A stretch of 63,966 nt of DNA, the filler included, from Dirinaria sp. TL-2023a (lineage: Eukaryota): the NCBI GenBank assembly GCA_051941275.1. It is 3 parts of 3 records of this genome, joined end to end, with 100 filler letters (N's around TTAATTAATTAA, not from the genome) between each part and the next. Parts side by side here need not be neighbours in the genome. Positions count along the whole stretch, not along the records: positions 43,941 to 63,966 come from JAVEBF010000301.1; 2 more parts are not named here. One strand, given 5' to 3'. Position numbers and translations under genes: made by a program. Positions 61,590 to 63,966 of this stretch are shown here, piece by piece (the stretch's first letter is position 1; every line of letters starts with the position of its first letter). The notes under the pieces are model-generated. The model did not search any database and was not told where the DNA came from. It saw nothing but the letters and a program-made list of their open reading frames with translations.

Positions 61590-61780
61590 GGGATTAGGTC
61601 TTGTCTCTCGCCAAGCTGTGGCACACTCGGGAGCTGAGGTAATAGCCCCTCACCCACGTCAAAGTGACTCATTGCTAATAGTCACTACTACAGTAAGATA
61701 CATGAGGAGAATCTAAACCAGATCGCTACTGCTTTTCGACATCAAGCTTAGTCCTGTCTTTTTTCAGCACAGGAAGTTTG

Positions 61781-61964
61781 ATAGGATCATATTTAACAGA
61801 CTGGTAACCTCACTTGGGGCTCACTCGCTGCTGCCTTTCGAAGGAGAATAACTCGGTCCAATAGGATCATATCCAGACAGTCACTTAACCACCTCACCCT
61901 AACCTCACTTCTTGTTCAGTTGCTCTTGCCGGAAAAGACGAAATCAACCTGGATAGGATCATAT
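61781..61964. repeat. Three dispersed copies of ATAGGATCATAT
   Basis: Exact 12-mers at 61781, 61861 and 61953; TAACCTCACTT also occurs twice between them. Confidence 0.85.
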
Positions 61965-62017
61965 TTAAAAGAGTGAACCATTTCACCGTAAGCTCATTTC
62001 TACCTCACAACCATAAC

Positions 62018-62945
62018 ATGGCTGAACTTCACATAGCTCTCACCCCGCCCCGAGCAGGTAGCGTCCAGGCAAAAATGTCACCCAATTCCTTTATCACCAG
62101 CTCCGCAACTGCGAAAAACATAAAGCGGAAAGCCTCGTTGAACATCTCGCCATCCAAATTAAAACGATTCGCCTTGAAGCCCCCCCCGACGCCCGAGGAT
62201 CTGACCATTCTCGACTACGCCACTAGAACACTTTCAGACGTTTCCAACTCATCCAGCCAACTTAGTCTCGTGAGTAATTTCGATCTGGTCTTGGATGGTG
62301 TCAAAGTGAGTCCTTGTTGATTTTACTTTGATCTCAGATCGGCTAATGAAGGTCAGGATTTGAAAAAAAGGGTGAAGGATCTTGAGCGAGAGGTAGATGA
62401 GGGCAAGACTCGGATCGCCGAGCTGAAGCATGACGTTGAAGACCTGAAATCCGCCCAAGTTGCAAAGGATGACGCAGATGCCCAATTTCGGGCAGAATCC
62501 GCTGAGGATGCAAACGGCAGGATCGAGTTACTAATGGCGAATCTGGTTATAGACCTCGCCAAATACGCCGCAAGATCCCTCCACCAAGATCATTTATGCC
62601 ACAGTCATTCCACGCACGCGCTCGAGCAATTTGCCTCAAGGATCCCTGAGTTAGAACTAGGAAAGGCTGGGATCCCTACAAAGCATTGGGATCTGTTACG
62701 GAAGATGCCCAGAGTGAGTTTCAGTGAGCTATTAGGATTCAAATAGCTAATCCTCATCGTAGTATACCGCGGCTCGTACGCAAGCCGCCCATGAAACCAG
62801 TGGGGATTTGGCACGTCTCCTCCTCCAACCCTCATCAACCACATCTTACCAGAGGTTCAAAGATCTGTTTCCTATTTTATACGGACAACCGATCGAGAAG
62901 CTGGCGGAAATGCGACGAACAGAATGGTCGGAACTGTACCAGTAA
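62018..62945 (+). CDS. Hypothetical coiled-coil protein (3 exons; introns about 62306-62337 and 62714-62762)
   Basis: GTGAGT donors join MAELHIAL..., LKKRVKDLEREVDEGKTRIAELKHDV... and YTAARTQAAHET...LFPILYGQPIE...YQ*. The first intron is unusually short, so that junction is uncertain. Confidence 0.6.
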
Positions 62946-63848
62946 TCGCTCAGCGTACAAGTCCAGAAATTATTTGACGAGCTTGAGGATGAGTTTGTGA
63001 AACTCATCCAAGCGGATTCGGCGCAAACGTCTGCTTTGCAAGACTTCAAGTTTGACGAGGAGCAGTACTCGTACAAAGTCCAGATTGAGCAAGATGGTAA
63101 CACTCATAGTTCCGACTCCTTGCCTAGCCTAACTGCCATGTATTGCAACAACTTCTTCGGACGCTCAGGGTACAATCATTTCTAGACCAGAATTCGCCAA
63201 GCTTGACCTCCACGACGATTACATCGAGCATATACTATCTTTAGGTCTACCCTTCCTTCGCCGCCTTTTCAACGCCGACAGACAAGAGAAGATGCGCTTG
63301 GTCCTTGACAACACAAGCGTTAACCGCCAAGGCTTTTTCAGCAAAGCCTTCCGAATCTGGCGGATGAGAGCCTCGTCGAGGCATGATTGGGAATACGACG
63401 AGATCCCATCTGAGGGTCTAGAAAGCATCCGGGGACCCAATGCAGGATATCGATGGGCAAAGGAAGGCCTCGGCTCGGTCGCTGGGATCGGCTACGTTTG
63501 CCGGCTCCGTGGCGGGTTGCGGTACCTGGGATGTACGTTCTGGAACACGGACCGCTTGAGAACGATGGGCATCTTGCAACAAACGTAAGTTTCCCTCCTC
63601 CAGACACACCCAATCCGCTCTTTCCGGAGGAAGAAGAAGAAGAAGAAGAAGAAGAAAGAGAGCTTGGCTTACTCTTATACTGGGCGCTTTTCACAAACAG
63701 GGTCTATACCGTTGACAAGCGGAGCTGCGGCGAGAAAGTCAGGGCACGACGGATGGATCGTAGAAGTGCCGAGACGCGACTGAAGCGGTATTTCCATGCG
63801 AAGAATTGGAGTATGGCGATGTCGAAGGTTGACCGTTATTTGGAGTGA
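62946..63848 (+). pseudogene. Headless coding remnant of a fungal hypothetical-protein family (or 3' half of a fusion gene)
   Basis: KLFDELEDEFV, DYIEHILSLGLPFLRRL, GPNAGYRWA, LRYLGCTFWNTDRL, and intron 63586-63700 leading to RRSAETRL...YLE*. No start of its own; a frame change near 63100-63190 needs an intron or a frameshift. Confidence 0.45.
63630..63656. repeat. (GAA)n microsatellite, probably intronic
   Basis: About nine GAA units between a GTAAGT donor (63586) and a CAG acceptor (63700). Confidence 0.85.
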
Positions 63849-63966
63849 TTTCTCTCTACTCTCTTCCCCCCTCCCCCCCCCCAACACCAACTCACTTTCC
63901 TACCTTTTTCAAAACCCTCAAGTCGAAAACGCACGGACGATGGAGGGGGAAAAGGCATTATTTCAT

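Noticed and set aside
61781..61964. CRISPR-like repeat-spacer array
   Set aside because: Eukaryotic context, repeats of only 12-16 nt, long and partly related spacers, no cas genes.

Overview
Eukaryotic DNA from a filamentous ascomycete (Pezizomycotina): short GT-AG introns with CTRAY branch points, compact divergent gene pairs and RIP-type C>T/G>A decay of transposons. Three contigs are joined by artificial 100-nt spacers (N44-TTAATTAATTAA-N44 at 21900-21999 and 43841-43940), so adjacency across them is unproven. Contig 1: SPE3 (partial), an nsdC-like C2H2 regulator with about 5 kb of gene-free upstream DNA, an AhpD-like gene, APA2, an MFS transporter, MNN9, RRD2, PEX4, RRP46 and a gene cut by the gap. 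Contig 2 starts with a RIP-degraded transposon nest (chromovirus 3' end and LTR; a Tc1 remnant interrupted by a 136-bp solo LTR-like insert with a perfect 5-bp TSD). A possible metal-homeostasis trio follows (PCA1-like P1B ATPase, DUF6604-like gene, ZIP transporter), then a HAD hydrolase, PRP45, PWP2 and septin CDC12. Contig 3: a DUF7918-like gene, TSC2, CSE1, an alpha/beta hydrolase, CBF1, NTA1 and an odd two-part locus split by one in-frame TAA. Best leads: a TCAAGGTCCTC zinc-response-like motif shared by the ZIP and DUF6604 promoters, an optional in-frame 192-codon segment in nsdC, the nested elements, and a probable GC-AG intron in PRP45. Family names come from recalled motifs and exon boundaries were inferred by eye; no database search was run.
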